Shown here: piece after piece, positions 25,890 through 39,157 of the stretch
Position numbering within the stretch: the stretch's first letter is position 1
Layout: each line of letters starts with the position of its first letter
Source: Flaccisagitta enflata
Lineage: Eukaryota
Assembly (NCBI GenBank): GCA_965153355.1
Contig: OZ231126.1
Location: forward strand, 30,690,001-30,754,000
DNA: 64,000 nt
Reading direction: 5' to 3'
The notes under the pieces: generated by a model
Told to the model about the DNA's origin: nothing
The model's database searches: none
Seen by the model: the letters and a program-made list of their open reading frames with translations, nothing else
Position numbers and translations under genes: made by a program

Positions 25890-28140
25890 TTTCATCCCAA
25901 AAATGCCTACACACGCAGTGATGTAAAAACTAATTCATATACCTTGATTGATTGTGTGCTCATCAGCGAATCTCTAAGAGAAAAAGTGAAAGATGTCCGG
26001 ATATCGACATATGGCCACAATCTTTCAGACCATTGTCCTATTGAATTTGAGCTTCATGTCAAAATCACTGAGTCGCACGTAATTAAACCAAAGCTTCCGT
26101 GTTTTATCAATTGGAAGAAATTATCAGATTCTCACCTGAACAGCTTTCGCGAAGAGATGAAAACCAACTTAGAGTCTATCAATGTGCCATTTCATGACCT
26201 ACTACATGGGGATAAATGTTGTTTTGATGATTGCCATAAAATGTCTTTGGAGCAATATTATTGTGATATTGTAAATGCAATAATCAGTGCCGAGAGTGTG
26301 TTGCCGAAATCCAACCCAAACTTTCAACGTGATTTTTGGGATGATGATTTAACGGAATTAAAGAGTAGATCCATCAAATGCAACGCTATTTGGAAAAGCC
26401 TTGGCTGTCCTAAATCGGGTCCCGCATTTGAGTGTTGTAAGAACTGCCATTATTCTTATAAATCATCTCTTCGTAAAAAAAAGGCAGCCTCTGAAAAAGC
26501 GCATACAGATTCCATGCACAACGATCTTATAAATAAGGACGGAATTTCATTCTGGAAAACTTGGAATAAGATAAATGGTTTGCGAGAGTCGCCCATAACG
26601 AGAGTAAATGGTGAAACCAATTCCAAAAAGATTGCAGAAACATTTGCGAGCTATTTTGAGTCTGTGTACAGTGGCCATGAGACGCCAGTACATATGAATT
26701 TAAAAACTCATTTTGAAAAATCGTATTCTTCCTACATCACCGACCATATCAATGATATAATCACACCATATCTCCTGACTTGGTCCGATATGATAGATTT
26801 GGTCTCAAAAGTGAAACCTGGTAAAGCAGCATCTGGCAGTATAAAATCAGAACATCTACTCCATGGAAGTCCCGAGCTTTTGTGCCATTTTCATCTACTT
26901 TTCAATGGACTAATACAACATGGTTATGTTCGCGCTGAGTTTTTAAAAGGGACGATCACGCCCATAGTAAAAGACACAGAGGGTGACCTTTCTGACCCTT
27001 CAAATTATAGAGGGATTACTCTGAGTTGTTTGCCTGCTAAATTGTTTGAATTAGCCATTCAGTTGAAAACTTGCCATCTGCTTGGGACCAAACGAGCTTC
27101 AATTCGGCTTCAAGCATAAAACCAGCACAAACCACGCATTGTACACAATGAAGTCCACAATTGACCATTTCTTAGAAAAAGGATCTGATGTCTATGTGGC
27201 TTATTTAGATTGCACAAAAGCATTTGATCGAATATCGCATTATGGATTATTCTCTAAATTGATGACTCGCAACATTCCACTTTGCATACTGTTATGCCTC
27301 ATTTATTGGTACATTAATATGTCCTCATGTGTCAAATGGGGCGATGAGCTCAGTCGAAATTTCAAAGTCCCTCTTGGAATAAAACAAGGGGGGATTAATT
27401 CTCCCGACCTATTTGGCTGCTATATTGATGATCTGACTAACTTACTACGTGGATTGAACATTGGCTGCCACTTATTTGGAATTTTCTTGGCTATGATCCT
27501 TTTTGCGGATGATTTATGTCTGTTGGCACCAACCAGGGCTGCCTTGAACAAGCTCATTCAGAAATGCGCTTCTTACTGCAACAAACATGGACTTACATTC
27601 AATGCCAAAAAGTCTAAAATTCTTGTTTTCTCAAAGAAAAATGTTGATCACGAACGACTCCTTCCCATCTCTCTAAATGGCGATACAATTGAATACTGCC
27701 ATTCAGTCAAATATCTTGGCACACAAGTCGTCTCTGATAAAGGACTATCCTTTTCCGCCTCTAAAGATCTCTCTTCTTTTTATCGTGCATCAAATGCAAT
27801 TCTAAGAGCAGTGACAAAACCTAGTGACGAAATTATGCTGCACATTCTGTATACAAACTGTATTCCTATCCTAACATATGCCTGCGCAGTAAAGGAGTAT
27901 ACATCGAGGCAAATGCAAGAGTTCAACACTGCTCTTAACAACGCATTCAGATTAATCTTTGGCTACAACCGTTGGGAAAGTATCAGATCACTTCGTGAAT
28001 CTTTTGGATATAGCTCACTCACTGAACTTTTTGCCAAAGCAAGAAAACGATTTGATAATCAATTGCCTCATCATCGTAACAAGGTGTTAACTAATCTTGC
28101 TCGAAATATTGTCATTGAACGTGAATTGAATAGGGAATAG
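25890..28140 (+). pseudogene. LINE ORF2 remainder: endonuclease C-terminus and reverse transcriptase, one frameshift near 27090
   Basis: LIDCVL, LSDHCPI, NYRGITL, QFGFK, LDCTKAFD, GIKQGGINSP, FADD, YLG; one extra A in ACCAAACGAG breaks the frame. Confidence 0.92.
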
Positions 28141-28290
28141 CTTTATTTTTTTTTTCTCCTCATACTCAATGTTACTCATTGTCTCGTTTTGGTTATGAAC
28201 TTGCTAGTATTAGTCTTTCTATTTTCTTTCTCTTTTTGTCATTCTGTCGCTTTACTGCTGATGAAATAAAAGAGCATATAAGAGGATGAA

Positions 28291-29769
28291 TCATTTGACT
28301 ACTTGGCTAACTGGTATGAAACCAAAGTGACATCGTCCCATTGATGACTTCACTCCCGTTTTCAACTCCAACGCCTCGTCGACCGTATCGCCGCCTCCAC
28401 TTCCGTCTTTGACGTAAAAGCCATAACAAATAGAATTGTAGACGTTGGAAGGATAATATGGCTTGATCACTTCGGCGCGGTGTCTGTCGGTGAAACCCGT
28501 CACGCATGAGCTTGAGAGACTTCCAAACACGTGGGAGAGAAATAGATTCAATGTTGCAAGGCGGAGGCTTCTGTCCTTGAACCAAAGAAATTTGAATAAA
28601 TCAGCGTCATCAGGGTGGACTCGAACTTGATGGAAGAAAGCCTTTATGTCACACATATAGGCTATCTTCCATTGACGGAAGCGCATGAGGATGTCCATCA
28701 AACTGTTCATCAGATTTGGTCCGCCTACCAATAGATCATTCAATCAGATGCCGTCAGTGGCGGCGCGGGCGTGGTGACAAACCCTCAACTTCCCCCTCAC
28801 TTCAACTATATGAAGGGGAAGGTACCAGCGCGGCTTGATGATGTCCTCATTGTCGTCAATGCTGTCAATCTCAACCGCCATGCCCGTCTCGTAGAATTTT
28901 TCAACTTCTTGGAAAACTCGGTCCTTGAAGGCCGGATTGCGATTAAAGCAGAAGCGTTGGTTGACGAGCCGCTTCATAACTGTAGGCCGAGACTTCACTT
29001 TGCGCAAGATCTCCATGATTTTCTCGAAGTCAAATTTCCATGTGACAGGCGCATAATACTTTTTTGTCACTTTGCAGAAACGGATCTTCTTTTTCAGTGT
29101 TCCACAGGCGCGTATATTTTCAAGCGAATCGCCCATTTCTTCAGAGGAAACAATTGATCCAGAAACATGGTAGAAAATTTGGTCAATTTTTTCGTGGAGA
29201 TCGTTGTTATCAACCAAAATAGCGTTAGTTGAAATAGCGTTAGTTGATGCGACGTCCAAACCTTTTTCCCATTTTTTCCACTAATTGTCCAACCAAAACT
29301 GCATCTGAAGCATGTTAATGATCCTGGAGGACCTCGACGACGCTCTTGAGCGATGGCAGCGTCCAAATGAGCGGCGCCAACAATCATTTTGATGCCTCCC
29401 ATCGCCTCTGGGAATTTTATGCCTCTGACGTGAGGTTGATTGGATAGATCACGGAGAAATGGAGGAATGTCTTTTTCACTTGTCGTTGACATCGATGATG
29501 TACTTGGAGTTGGTGGAGCAAAGAGTGAATGACGCTAAAAGACGGTTTTCAGTCACACAATTGTCTACTGTCACTACCTTTATTTGGACCATATTTGTCA
29601 AAATGCGCAAATCGTTGATGATGTCGTGGCTGATGACATCTCTGTCCGCACCACTATCTATCATCGCAAAGATTTTTTTTTCTTCACCAGACACACAATT
29701 TACAATCACTACAGGGACAATGGGACGAACGATGTTGTCGAAAGATGACACGGATCGCGACGCGGCCAT
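28291..29769 (-). pseudogene. pol: BEL/Pao pol 5' part: aspartic protease and reverse transcriptase
   Basis: AMIDSGAD, FGWTISG, WYLPLH, KLRVC, NDLLVGGPNL, DIKAFFHQV, HVFG, FYVKDG (mutated YVDD); several stops/frameshifts. Confidence 0.9.
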
Positions 29770-29778
29770 TGCCGCCAG

Positions 29779-31520
29779 TCATGCCTCGACATTTGGAGTA
29801 ATGACGTTCGAGTCTGTGGTGGTTGTTGTTGTATACGTTGATGATGTGGTGGAAGCGTCGGAGAATTTTTCGAAATTGGCTAATGGAATGCCATTATTGG
29901 ACTTTTCTCCTCCCTTCTTCACCTCCTTACCATCACCTTTCTTCACCCATGTGCGTCCGTGGAGAATAGTGGTGTGTTGTTTCTTGCAAGTTTGGCACGT
30001 TGGTCTGTTGGTACAACCTTTTGCCAAGTGTCCACTTGTGAAGCAATGGAAGCAGAGTGATGCCAGTTTTTGGACTCTTGCGTCGACGTCAATAGAAAGA
30101 AGTTGGTTACATTCTTCCGTCGGATGCATGCCGCTGCAGACATTGCAGCGGCACGTCTACTGCACCTTTTGCTTCCCATTGGTCAAAACATCATTGTAGG
30201 ATGGCGGATTTTCGCCCGTTGCCACTGTTGCCACCGCCGCGGGCTTACTCTCCACCCCTTTGTTGCATTGAATGAGAGCCCAAGTTTCAATCATATTGAC
30301 AAGATTGTCGAATGAAAAGGGGATGCCTTGCAAGTCATATTCGTGATGCTTTTCCCAAAATTTGTCGGCTAAATGTGGAACTCTTTATTGATGATCTCTT
30401 GCAATAACTCTTTCCGATAACACTGTGGCAATTCTCCACACGTTTGCGCAATTCTCTTCATCTTCTGCAGCTTTGACCCAAGATGAAAATGTCTCTTATG
30501 GTCGGCAGATGAGATTCTTGATTTGGCGGTGATCTTGTGGAAAAGCGCCGGGATGTTGGCGCGGCTCGCCATGAGGAGGATGTCCATCTTTTTGAAGGCG
30601 GCGGTCACCTCCTCCTCTGCGACTTCTTCCGTTGTGCCAATTGGCGCCGTTTCAATAATCTCCTTAGCCGGTCCCGAGAACCATTTTGGTAATTCCAACA
30701 AGATATCCATCTCCGTCAAACCCTCATGTTTCGCAGCATCTTTAAACTTGCGCTTCCGCATCATATAGTCCGTTGACAAGAGCTCCTGAACCGGCTTCTC
30801 CGGCCTTCCTTTCTCCAATGCTTTGAGGCCGATCTCTCTAGCGCGCATTCGATTGTCATCAGAAGCCCTCTTTAGAAACACCTCCAGTGCCTTGCTCTGA
30901 GGAAGCTGATTCACCACTTCCGGTTGACGAGCAGTTGGAATGATGTGATGATCCTGATATGTGGGAGGAGGATTGATGTTGAAGTATTGTCCTCCAGCCT
31001 TCGCTGGAGACTTTCTTTTTGTGGTTTTTGTGTACCACACGTCGTTGTTATCTTGCTGTTGATGCTGTTGATGTTGTTGTTGTTGGTGTTGATGGAATTT
31101 TGGCGCATCAAAGTCTTGACGAACATATTGATGTTTCTGCAAATGGTCTATTTGAGCCTTTGCTGCGCGCAAGTCGAATCGATTTTGTTGAATTCTACGC
31201 TGTTGTGCCGCATTTACCTTCATCAAGTTTGCAGCATCTTTTTTGAGACAACGCATCTGACGGTCTACTTCGGGAAGTTGATTAGCCAAAGCTGCTTCTG
31301 ACGCCTGCGACTTCTTTCTCTCTTCCTCCTGCATCCGTCGCGCAAACGCCTCGTCAGCTGCTTCTTGCAACTTCTTCCTTCTTATTGCATCATTTGCATC
31401 GCCCACCAGCATCTGGTCAAGTTTCAACAAATCCGCCGCCGTCGACGAGAGATTCGGCGCCGTATTCATGACTTCTTTCTCTTTAGAAACCGGCGCTGTA
31501 GGAGGAATGACGGCGATCAA
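29779..31520 (-). pseudogene. gag: BEL/Pao gag (5'-truncated)
   Basis: Coiled-coil-rich ORF followed by Cys motifs CNVCSGMHPTEEC, CFHCFTSGHLAKGC and CQTCKKQHTTILH, immediately upstream of the protease. Confidence 0.85.
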
Positions 31521-31661
31521 TGGCAGTTGCTATTAGCAGTAAGCAGTTTGCACTGAGAAGTTTCCTGAAGATGTTATTTGTAATGCGGCTGTTTGCCATT
31601 CTAATCAATCGTACCTTTGTTAATTGCAATATTTGGAAGAGAATCTCTCTTTTGGTTCTTA

Positions 31662-32268
31662 CAGGGTCATCCACCTGAGTTGTCAGATTCTGTTAAGCTT
31701 TTACCCCCTGATGCCAAGAAACATGGACTTGAAATTAATCAAGTTTTGAAGAGTATAGATTGACATTTTTTGTATCAAAATTTCAGCCATTTTGGTCGAG
31801 TAGTTTGTCTTTTATATAAACTTGAAGTGACATGAGTATTTCTCCATTGGACAGATTTTCCATCAAAAATCAGGAATTCTGCTTGCTTTCATTTTCATTC
31901 TTTTTTAAATATTCATGCTATAGAGACAAAATTGATCTCAAATGAAAGATCAGCCAACAAACGTTTTTAACTACTTCAAAAACATCACTGATTTAAGCCT
32001 TTTTTGGATTGATGATTCAAAAATTATTGTGATGTTAACCTGCACAATTCATGAAATTTATTGGAAGATCTGCCTGGTCCTGAGATAAAAGCTTCAAGTT
32101 CAAATCCATGTTGAAGACAAACTACTTGACTAAGATGGATGAAATTTTGACACAAAAACCGTCAATATATACTCTTTAACTTTAAGAATAGATCAATTTC
32201 AAATACATGACTCTTAGCATCTGTGAGTAAAAGCTTAATGGAATCGACAACTCAGCTGGATGACCCGG
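31662..32268. mobile_element. TA-flanked MITE with long TIRs
   Basis: CAGGGTCATCCACCTGAGTTGTC / GACAACTCAGCTGGATGACCCGG; complementarity extends ~150 bp. Confidence 0.85.
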
Positions 32269-32556
32269 TAAGAACTACTGACTGGTTAGTTTTCTTTGCC
32301 ACGTAAATTGTAACTGTTTTGGAACAGAGCTCTATCATCTCGATGGGCAACTCGTAAAAAAGTTGTCTCCTTTGGTAGCTATACTTTTATAGTATATAAT
32401 ATATATTATACTAATGTTCAGATCTCCTTGGACATGTGCATGTGTGCACGCGCACGGGACTGTGTATCTGTCCGGTTTCCCGTCTCAGGCGGGCCGTCTG
32501 TTGGCTGTTTCTATTCCAAGGGCTGTCATATGAAGCAAAAGGTTAACACATATTCG

Positions 32557-33794
32557 CACTGCCCAGTAGGTTGGACGAAAAACCACGATCTCGGAAATTT
32601 GTCCTGCTCATATAAGTAAGGCGTTCAGGGACATGTGCAATGATATTCTATCAAGTTTTAGGGGCACAGGGTAAAAAGAACTGTGGTCGTGCCACTCCCC
32701 CCCTTTCCAAGCCCATTTTTTTCTTGGTGCATTTTCTTTAGTTCCAATTAAGTAATCGCCGGCAAAAGAACCAAATTGACTTTTCCATGTGACTGACTGA
32801 CTGACACACACACAAAAAGCCAGTATCTTCACATCTGAGGCTTGCATTACATTTTGTTAACTTTCCTACTCAATTTCGGAATCAGTTATGTCAACAGTTA
32901 TACGGTAAAATTTTGCAGTGAATTGAATTAATAACATGAAGTGACCAATGAGAGTCTATGATGTAATTGTTTGGACGAACCATATAAGTCACTTATTAAT
33001 CCGGTCCTCAACCGGATAATCAATACATTCCAACAATTTTTTAACTCCTGTTTCAGCTACCTAGCTTTCCTTTTTAGTCGCATGCCACGTGACTCTACAC
33101 TCTGCTTTCTTGGTCCATCAGTCAGTCTGTCAGTCAGTCAGTCAGTCTGTCAATCAGTCAGTCAGTCTATCCATCACACTTTACTTTTTTTTTGTTTCTG
33201 CGGTTTTTGGCCTCACTGCTCCTGCCCAAATGATCAAGTGACCTCAAATACAGCCCCTGCCCACCCACCGTGTATCTGGCCTTGTTTTTAGTCGCGTGCT
33301 ACGCGACTCCACACCCCGCTTTGTCTGTTTGTCCATCCATCCATCCGTCTGTCCGTCCGTCAGTCCGTCCGTCCGTCCATCTTTCCATCCCCATTTTACT
33401 TTGCCCACCCGTCCGCAACAATATTGTGACCTCGCGTCTCTTGTTCTCATTCTTACTTGTTCTTACCCATGACAAACAAGATTTGAGCAAGCTTGCAAAA
33501 AAAAAAAAAACTCCGTATCCCTGCCCTGGCACCCCTGAGTTTGTCTCGTAAGGAAAAGGCGAGAAAAAGTGTGTTGGACCCTTTTTCGGGAGATCATTCA
33601 ATTAGAAATGGAGAAAATTCACATGGTAGAAGATGGGCCTAAGAGGAAAGGGGGGGTGGCACGACCACAATTTTTTTCACTTCATGGTCCTAATACTTGA
33701 TAGGAGGTCTCAGTAAGTGACCCTGAACTCATCACTGATATAAGCAAGAAAGATTTCCGAAATCGTGGATCTTCGTCCAGCCTACTGCCCAGTG
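32557..33794. mobile_element. Non-autonomous TIR element with 5'-CAC ends, containing two nested HINEs (~33074-33443)
   Basis: ~150-bp imperfect TIRs CACTGCCCAGTAGGTTGGACGAA / TTCGTCCAGCCTACTGCCCAGTG; no TSD seen, superfamily uncertain. Confidence 0.7.
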
Positions 33795-33997
33795 CCCCTG
33801 CCCAACCTGACACGTGATCATCCCGTGATCATCCCGCATCCCATGCACCGGGTACCGCAGACCATAGAATTGGCGCCAAACTATTTGCGACTGTTGTCAG
33901 TATTTCTTTGTCATATTGAAATGGCGCTGAAAACGACGATAGAGCAATGTGCGACAACGACGTGCGACGTGCGACAACGGCGACGACGACGACAAAA

Positions 33998-34324
33998 CAG
34001 GGGTGTATATAGTTGAGCGGCTTTTGATTTTATTCCCCCCCCCCTGCCTTTGATTTTCTTCCCCGCGACGCATCGCGTCGCGTTACAAAATCTTTGATTT
34101 TTTTCCCCTCAAAGCTATAAAACAGTACATTTTAGGTTTAGATAGTGTTAAATAGTGTTGTTGTAATTGTATTTTACCTTTTGGCACTACCAAAAGTGTT
34201 AGATCTTAAAAAATTTTCTTTTTTCTTTTTTTTATACTTTTAATTTTCTTCCCCATCTCCAAACCTTTTGATTTTATTCCCCCCCCCCACCGGGGGGGGA
34301 AATACTCAACTTTATACACCCCTG
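33998..34324. mobile_element. Non-autonomous hAT element
   Basis: TIR CAGGGGTGTATATAGTTGAG / CTCAACTTTATACACCCCTG with a perfect 8-bp TSD CGACAAAA; the empty site is present in the adjacent duplicate near 34552. Confidence 0.9.
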
Positions 34325-34397
34325 CGACAAAAACAACAGCAACAACAACAACCTCAACAACAACAAAAACTACAACAACAACAACAACAACAACAAT

Positions 34398-34428
<31 letters not shown>

Positions 34429-34587
34429 GCAACAACAACAACATGCGATCTAATTCGTCAATCATTGAAATGGCGCTGAAAACGATGATAGAGAAATGTG
34501 CGACAACGACGTGCGACAAAGTGCGACAACGTGCGACAACGGCGACGACGACGACAAAAACAACAACAACAACCTCAACAACAACAA

Positions 34588-35364
34588 TAGCAGCCCAAAG
34601 GCAGTAAGTGGTCAGCGGTACCCGTGCCCTGCTTGAGTAGTATGTGATTTAGGTTGAGGGGGAGCAGGGCAGCGGCCCCGAAGGGGACGAAGTCCTGTAG
34701 AACACAGGGGGAATCTGTCCGTCCGTCCATCCGTCCGTCCGTCCTTCTCTCAGCCTTCCTTCTGTCTAGGAAGCCCTGTTATTCAAACTCTCATTGAATT
34801 ACATGGAGAAATGACAAAAGGCAGTATATGGACAAGGGTACCCCTGCTCTTCTTGAGAAGTTTGTAGGTTAAGTAGAGGGGGGGAGCAGGCCAGGATCTA
34901 GGTCTCTGAGGCCAGAATCTGGGTCTCAGAGGCCAGGGTTGGAGTCTCTGAGGCCAGGATTTGGGTCTCTGAGGCCAGGATTTAGGGCCTTGAGGCCAGG
35001 TCCTGGGTCCTGGAGGCCAGAATCTGGGTCACAGAGAGCAAGATCTAGATCTCTGAGGCTAGGATTAGGGTTTTAGAGGCCAGAATCTGGGTATTAGAAA
35101 CCAGGATCTAGATCTTAGGGGCCAAAATGATTGAATTTTGACCAAAATTCAGGTTTTCTAGCCAGAATTTAGCCATTTTGCTTGGATTTTGCCATTTTGC
35201 TTGGATTTGGGCCATTTTGCTTGGATTTGCACTCCAAAGAAGACAAAGCCCTGAGAATGGGGCGGGGGGGGGACGGACGTACGGACGTACGGACGTACGG
35301 ACGGACGGACGGACAGATTCCCCCTGTGTTCTACAGGACTTCGTCCCCTTCGGGGCCGCTGCCC
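34588..35364 (-). mobile_element. HINE-like element, family B
   Basis: ~75-bp subterminal inverted repeat (34667 vs 35290-35364), 21-bp repeats, inserted in an A-run without TSD relative to the duplicate empty site near 34365. Confidence 0.85.
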
Positions 35365-35385
35365 AAAAACTACAACAACCACAAT

Positions 35386-35473
<88 letters not shown>

Positions 35474-36107
35474 TGCGATCTAATTCGTCAATCATTTGTC
35501 TATTCAACTACTTTAAGACTTAGTCCCCAGGTGGAGATAGCTAATCATTAAATGAAAACAGAAGAACAAATCTTGTTTTCAGCTTTTGATCACGACTTTC
35601 TATACATCACAGTATTTTGTTTATCTACTCAATTTTCAACATCCATCCATCTGTCCATCTATCCATCCATCCATCCATCAGTCCATTCAGTAATGGTTCC
35701 CATGATGTGGCAACTGGTTGAGCAGGGCCCCGCGTCACCCTCGCCATTCATATCTCAACCCTTAATTTTCATCCCCTTCCCTTAGTTTAGTTTTTTCGCC
35801 TATACATGATAATTCTTTCGCCTCTTTGTCATCAGCATATGAGTGCAATATAGGAAAAGGAGTTGTCTCATTATGGGTCACTTTATTTCTTTTTTTCTCC
35901 CAGACCACCTAATTCTTTATTTGCTAAGAGGGCCCCTTCCAGGCGCCTATGACAGCGTGCCCACGAAGCCAACATGTAGGGTATCAGAATGGGTCAAAAT
36001 AGAAAACACACATGAGTGAAAATAGAAAAACAAGTGAATAAAAAAGATTGAGATACAGTGGGGTTCATGGAATAACAGCCTAAACTGGAGGAACGTATTT
36101 AAGTGTC

Positions 36108-36429
36108 TTAATTTCATTTGACAAACTTGATATTTGAAATATAAGTTGTTCAATTTGTGCTTGTGTCCCTGAGTTTTTTAGTTGCTATGGAAACCAGAAT
36201 CATTTTTTCAACGAGCAATATTCTTACAGAACATTCTGTGGGAAAGTTGTAGCAAATTCAATTCTGAGCAATGTTCCCTGATTATATTTGTCAAAATTTT
36301 GATATTCTAGCAGTTATAAATGTCTGAAAAAATGATTTTGGTTTCCATAGCAACCAAAAAACTCAGGGACACAAGCACCAAATGAACAACTTATATTTCA
36401 AATATCAAGTTTGTCATATGAAATTAAGA
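36108..36429. repeat. ~100-bp inverted repeat pair, each arm carrying an X-box-like motif
   Basis: Arms ~36108-36210 and ~36325-36429 are near-perfect reverse complements; GTTGCTATGGAAAC / GTTTCCATAGCAAC. Confidence 0.85.
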
Positions 36430-36598
36430 TATTTGAAAGCAAAATTTGCATACATTCAGCAAGAGACTTACATCTATCTTATGTTATTAAAGTAGATCTA
36501 CTGAAAATTTCTAGAAATTTCTTTTCGTCACTGACAAGGGGATGGTCGAAATTATAAGTCTGCATAGAAAATGAAAAAATGAAAAAACAAAGAACATA

Positions 36599-37706
36599 CA
36601 GTTAAATCCCGCTATAGCGGATCTCAAGGGACCAATAATATTTATGCGTTATTGCCGGATTGCGTTATTGCCAAAACGACTAACCTTGACTATCTTCTTT
36701 GCTATCCTCTGTGGTGACTACTGGATTTTTAAAAAGAAATGAAAACAGCCTTTTGCATTGCAGTCAAATGAAAGGCGTTTTGAAAATGCAAAGATTTTGT
36801 GAACAACTAATGCAGATGGATAGGCAGGGGCGCACAGCCCCCCTCCCTCTTCCCTCAACACATATCATTTAATATGCATCTTTTCACGCTTGTCAACTTG
36901 AGGGATAAACGGTATGAACAGACTTTGGAACAATCTCAGCGTCATGTCCCCAGTTTAAGACTTTAAATCAAACAAGCGTGCCTTGAAAAATATTTTTCCC
37001 TTTTTTTTGTTGCGGACACACAATCTTATGAAAGGCTGTGTCCGTCCGTCCATTTGATCCATTGGTCGTGGTCATAATATTGATGCGGACGGGTGGGCAG
37101 GGGCATCCAACTCCCATCCACACACCATGCCCCCCACCAACACAACCAAAAAAAAAACACATCTAAAACACCTTTTTTTACTTTTCAACTCGTGCATTAC
37201 GGACCAACGGACGGACCAACTAATGGATGGACAAAGCGTGTCCGCAACCAAAAACGCGAAAAATGCGCATTTCTGATAGTGTAAATATAATTGTGTGGGT
37301 TAGTGTGTGTGACACACTGTGTGTGGGTGATGGGAGTGTGGTGAGGCTGTGGGTTAGATGCTTCTGCGCACTCGTCTGCAACAATATTGTGTTCCGCGTC
37401 ATTTGTTCTAAATTTATCGAGCCAACTGTCAGATGTTGCAAAATCATGGAGTCCGCGTATTTCAGGGTTTTTTCTTGAACCATGGATAGAGCCTTGCGAC
37501 AGAGCATTTCCGCCACGATTTCGACGCGATTTTGACGCGCCTTCTAATCGCCATGCGACTACCGTTTCCGGTTGGCGCTGAAACCGCGGTTTCCGGTTAC
37601 TTTTTTCCTTTTTTTTCAGGGCACTTATCGCTTGTTGGCGATGTTGCTTCTCATTCCCTTAAATGCGTTATCATTGCAGTTGTTGAGGGAGATAGAAAGG
37701 AAGAAG

Positions 37707-37804
<98 letters not shown>

Positions 37805-38286
37805 CAAACAGAGACTAAATGGCAGATTGGCAAGTGGGTTGGTAGAGACAGGCAGATAACCGATTGCTGGCGGTTTCTATGATGCAAAATCGTTCATCGA
37901 TTGGTAAGACAAAATTGTCATCCAATTGTACTTTTCGATTAACTCGCGAGACTCTAACCATGGAACCACTGATTGCAACTTTTTGTTCACGCATAATGTT
38001 TTACCATTTAATCATAGCTTTTTCAAGTCAATGAAATGAGATTGTCCTCATGACTAGACATGTGGGGAATGTGGGAATGTCCTTATGACCAGTCCCTGTT
38101 TGACTCGAATTCTGCGCGAATATTTTTTCATCTTTAAGGGTTGAGGTTGCTGGAGACAACCCACGAGTTTCTTTTTTGCACCATATCCCGAATTTTAAAC
38201 CTTCTTGGCGATGAAAATAGGAATCAAAATGAGTAAAGAATAAGGTAATGATTGTAGTGCCCATGAGATGGCTAAATATAAGGATC

Positions 38287-38372
<86 letters not shown>

Positions 38373-38647
38373 CAATTCAATTTAACTAATAACCTCTCGC
38401 CCCTGCCCATTGATGATTTTGCGCTTCTTTTGTCTTTTGTCAGCCACCGTCTGTTATTGGCGGAGGAATAGAGGTCTGCGGACTGGCTAGTCCATGCGGT
38501 ATTCTTGGATTCCTCGTTATAGTTGGATCCGGTTATATTGGAATTTTTTAACAAAGAAAGTAAAGAGAAATGGTAGGGACTTTCTCTTAGCACTCACAAT
38601 AGGCGGATTTTCGTTATTCTTGGATCCGGTATAGCGAGGTTTAACTG
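36599..38647 (-). mobile_element. Tigger/pogo-like DNA transposon relic
   Basis: TA|CAGTTAAATCCCGCTATAGCGGATC ... GATCCGGTATAGCGAGGTTTAACTG|TA; minus-strand fragment SMVQEKTLKYA/LHDFATSDSWLDKFR at ~37400-37490 resembles the CENP-B-type HTH of pogo transposases. Confidence 0.7.
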
Positions 38648-38689
38648 TAGTTCTCTTCCATAATCGTTTTTTGAGAGAACTTTGTTTTT

Positions 38690-39157
38690 AACAAGCCCAA
38701 CAGGCCAACAGTCGCGTGCTACGTTACACACAATTTCACAACTTCATACGACAGAACTTCATACTACATAATGTCAGTCCCAAAAAAAGTTACACTCTGA
38801 ACCAATAACGTCTGTCCAATAAAAAGTTGACAAAAAAACCAAAATACCCAAAAATACCCAATAACACCCAAAAATATCAAATATCAAATAACACCTAAAA
38901 ATACCCAAAAATACCCAAAAACACCTAAAAATACTCAAAAATGCCTGAAAAAAACCAAAAGTATCTGTAAGTACCCTAAAATAACTTAAGTACCCCAAAG
39001 TACCCCAAAGTACCCTAAAGTACCCTGAAATACCCTCGAGTACCTTAAAATGCCTTATAAACCTTAAAAAGTCATAATTTCAAAAATGTGACGGACGGAC
39101 CTACCGACCTACCGACCAACCAACAGACTGACCGACACGACAAGGTGCACGCGACTA
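38690..39157 (-). mobile_element. HINE family A variant with AAAATACCC/AAAGTACCC array
   Basis: AACAAGCCCAACAGGCCAACAGTCGCGTG ... GTGCACGCGACTA ends, GACC microsatellite. Confidence 0.75.

Larger units (their letters stand above)
23401..28285. mobile_element. Apparently full-length CR1/L2-group (Daphne/Crack-like) LINE with inverted 5' half
   Basis: ORF1 and the N-terminal APE endonuclease are on minus (23401-25889); the rest of the endonuclease, RT and 3'UTR with AATAAA are on plus (25890-28285); candidate TSD ATGAA at 23396 and 28286. Confidence 0.88.
17640..31530 (-). mobile_element. Decayed BEL/Pao LTR retrotransposon (gag-PR-RT-RH-IN plus extra ORF), with nested insertions
   Basis: Domain order and BEL-type motifs (Cys knuckles, IDSGAD protease, LNDLL..GPNL RT, LGVSW/YDPLG RNase H region, LNRRPL...W..G.V integrase tail). 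Boundaries approximate; no LTR pair identified. Confidence 0.9.
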
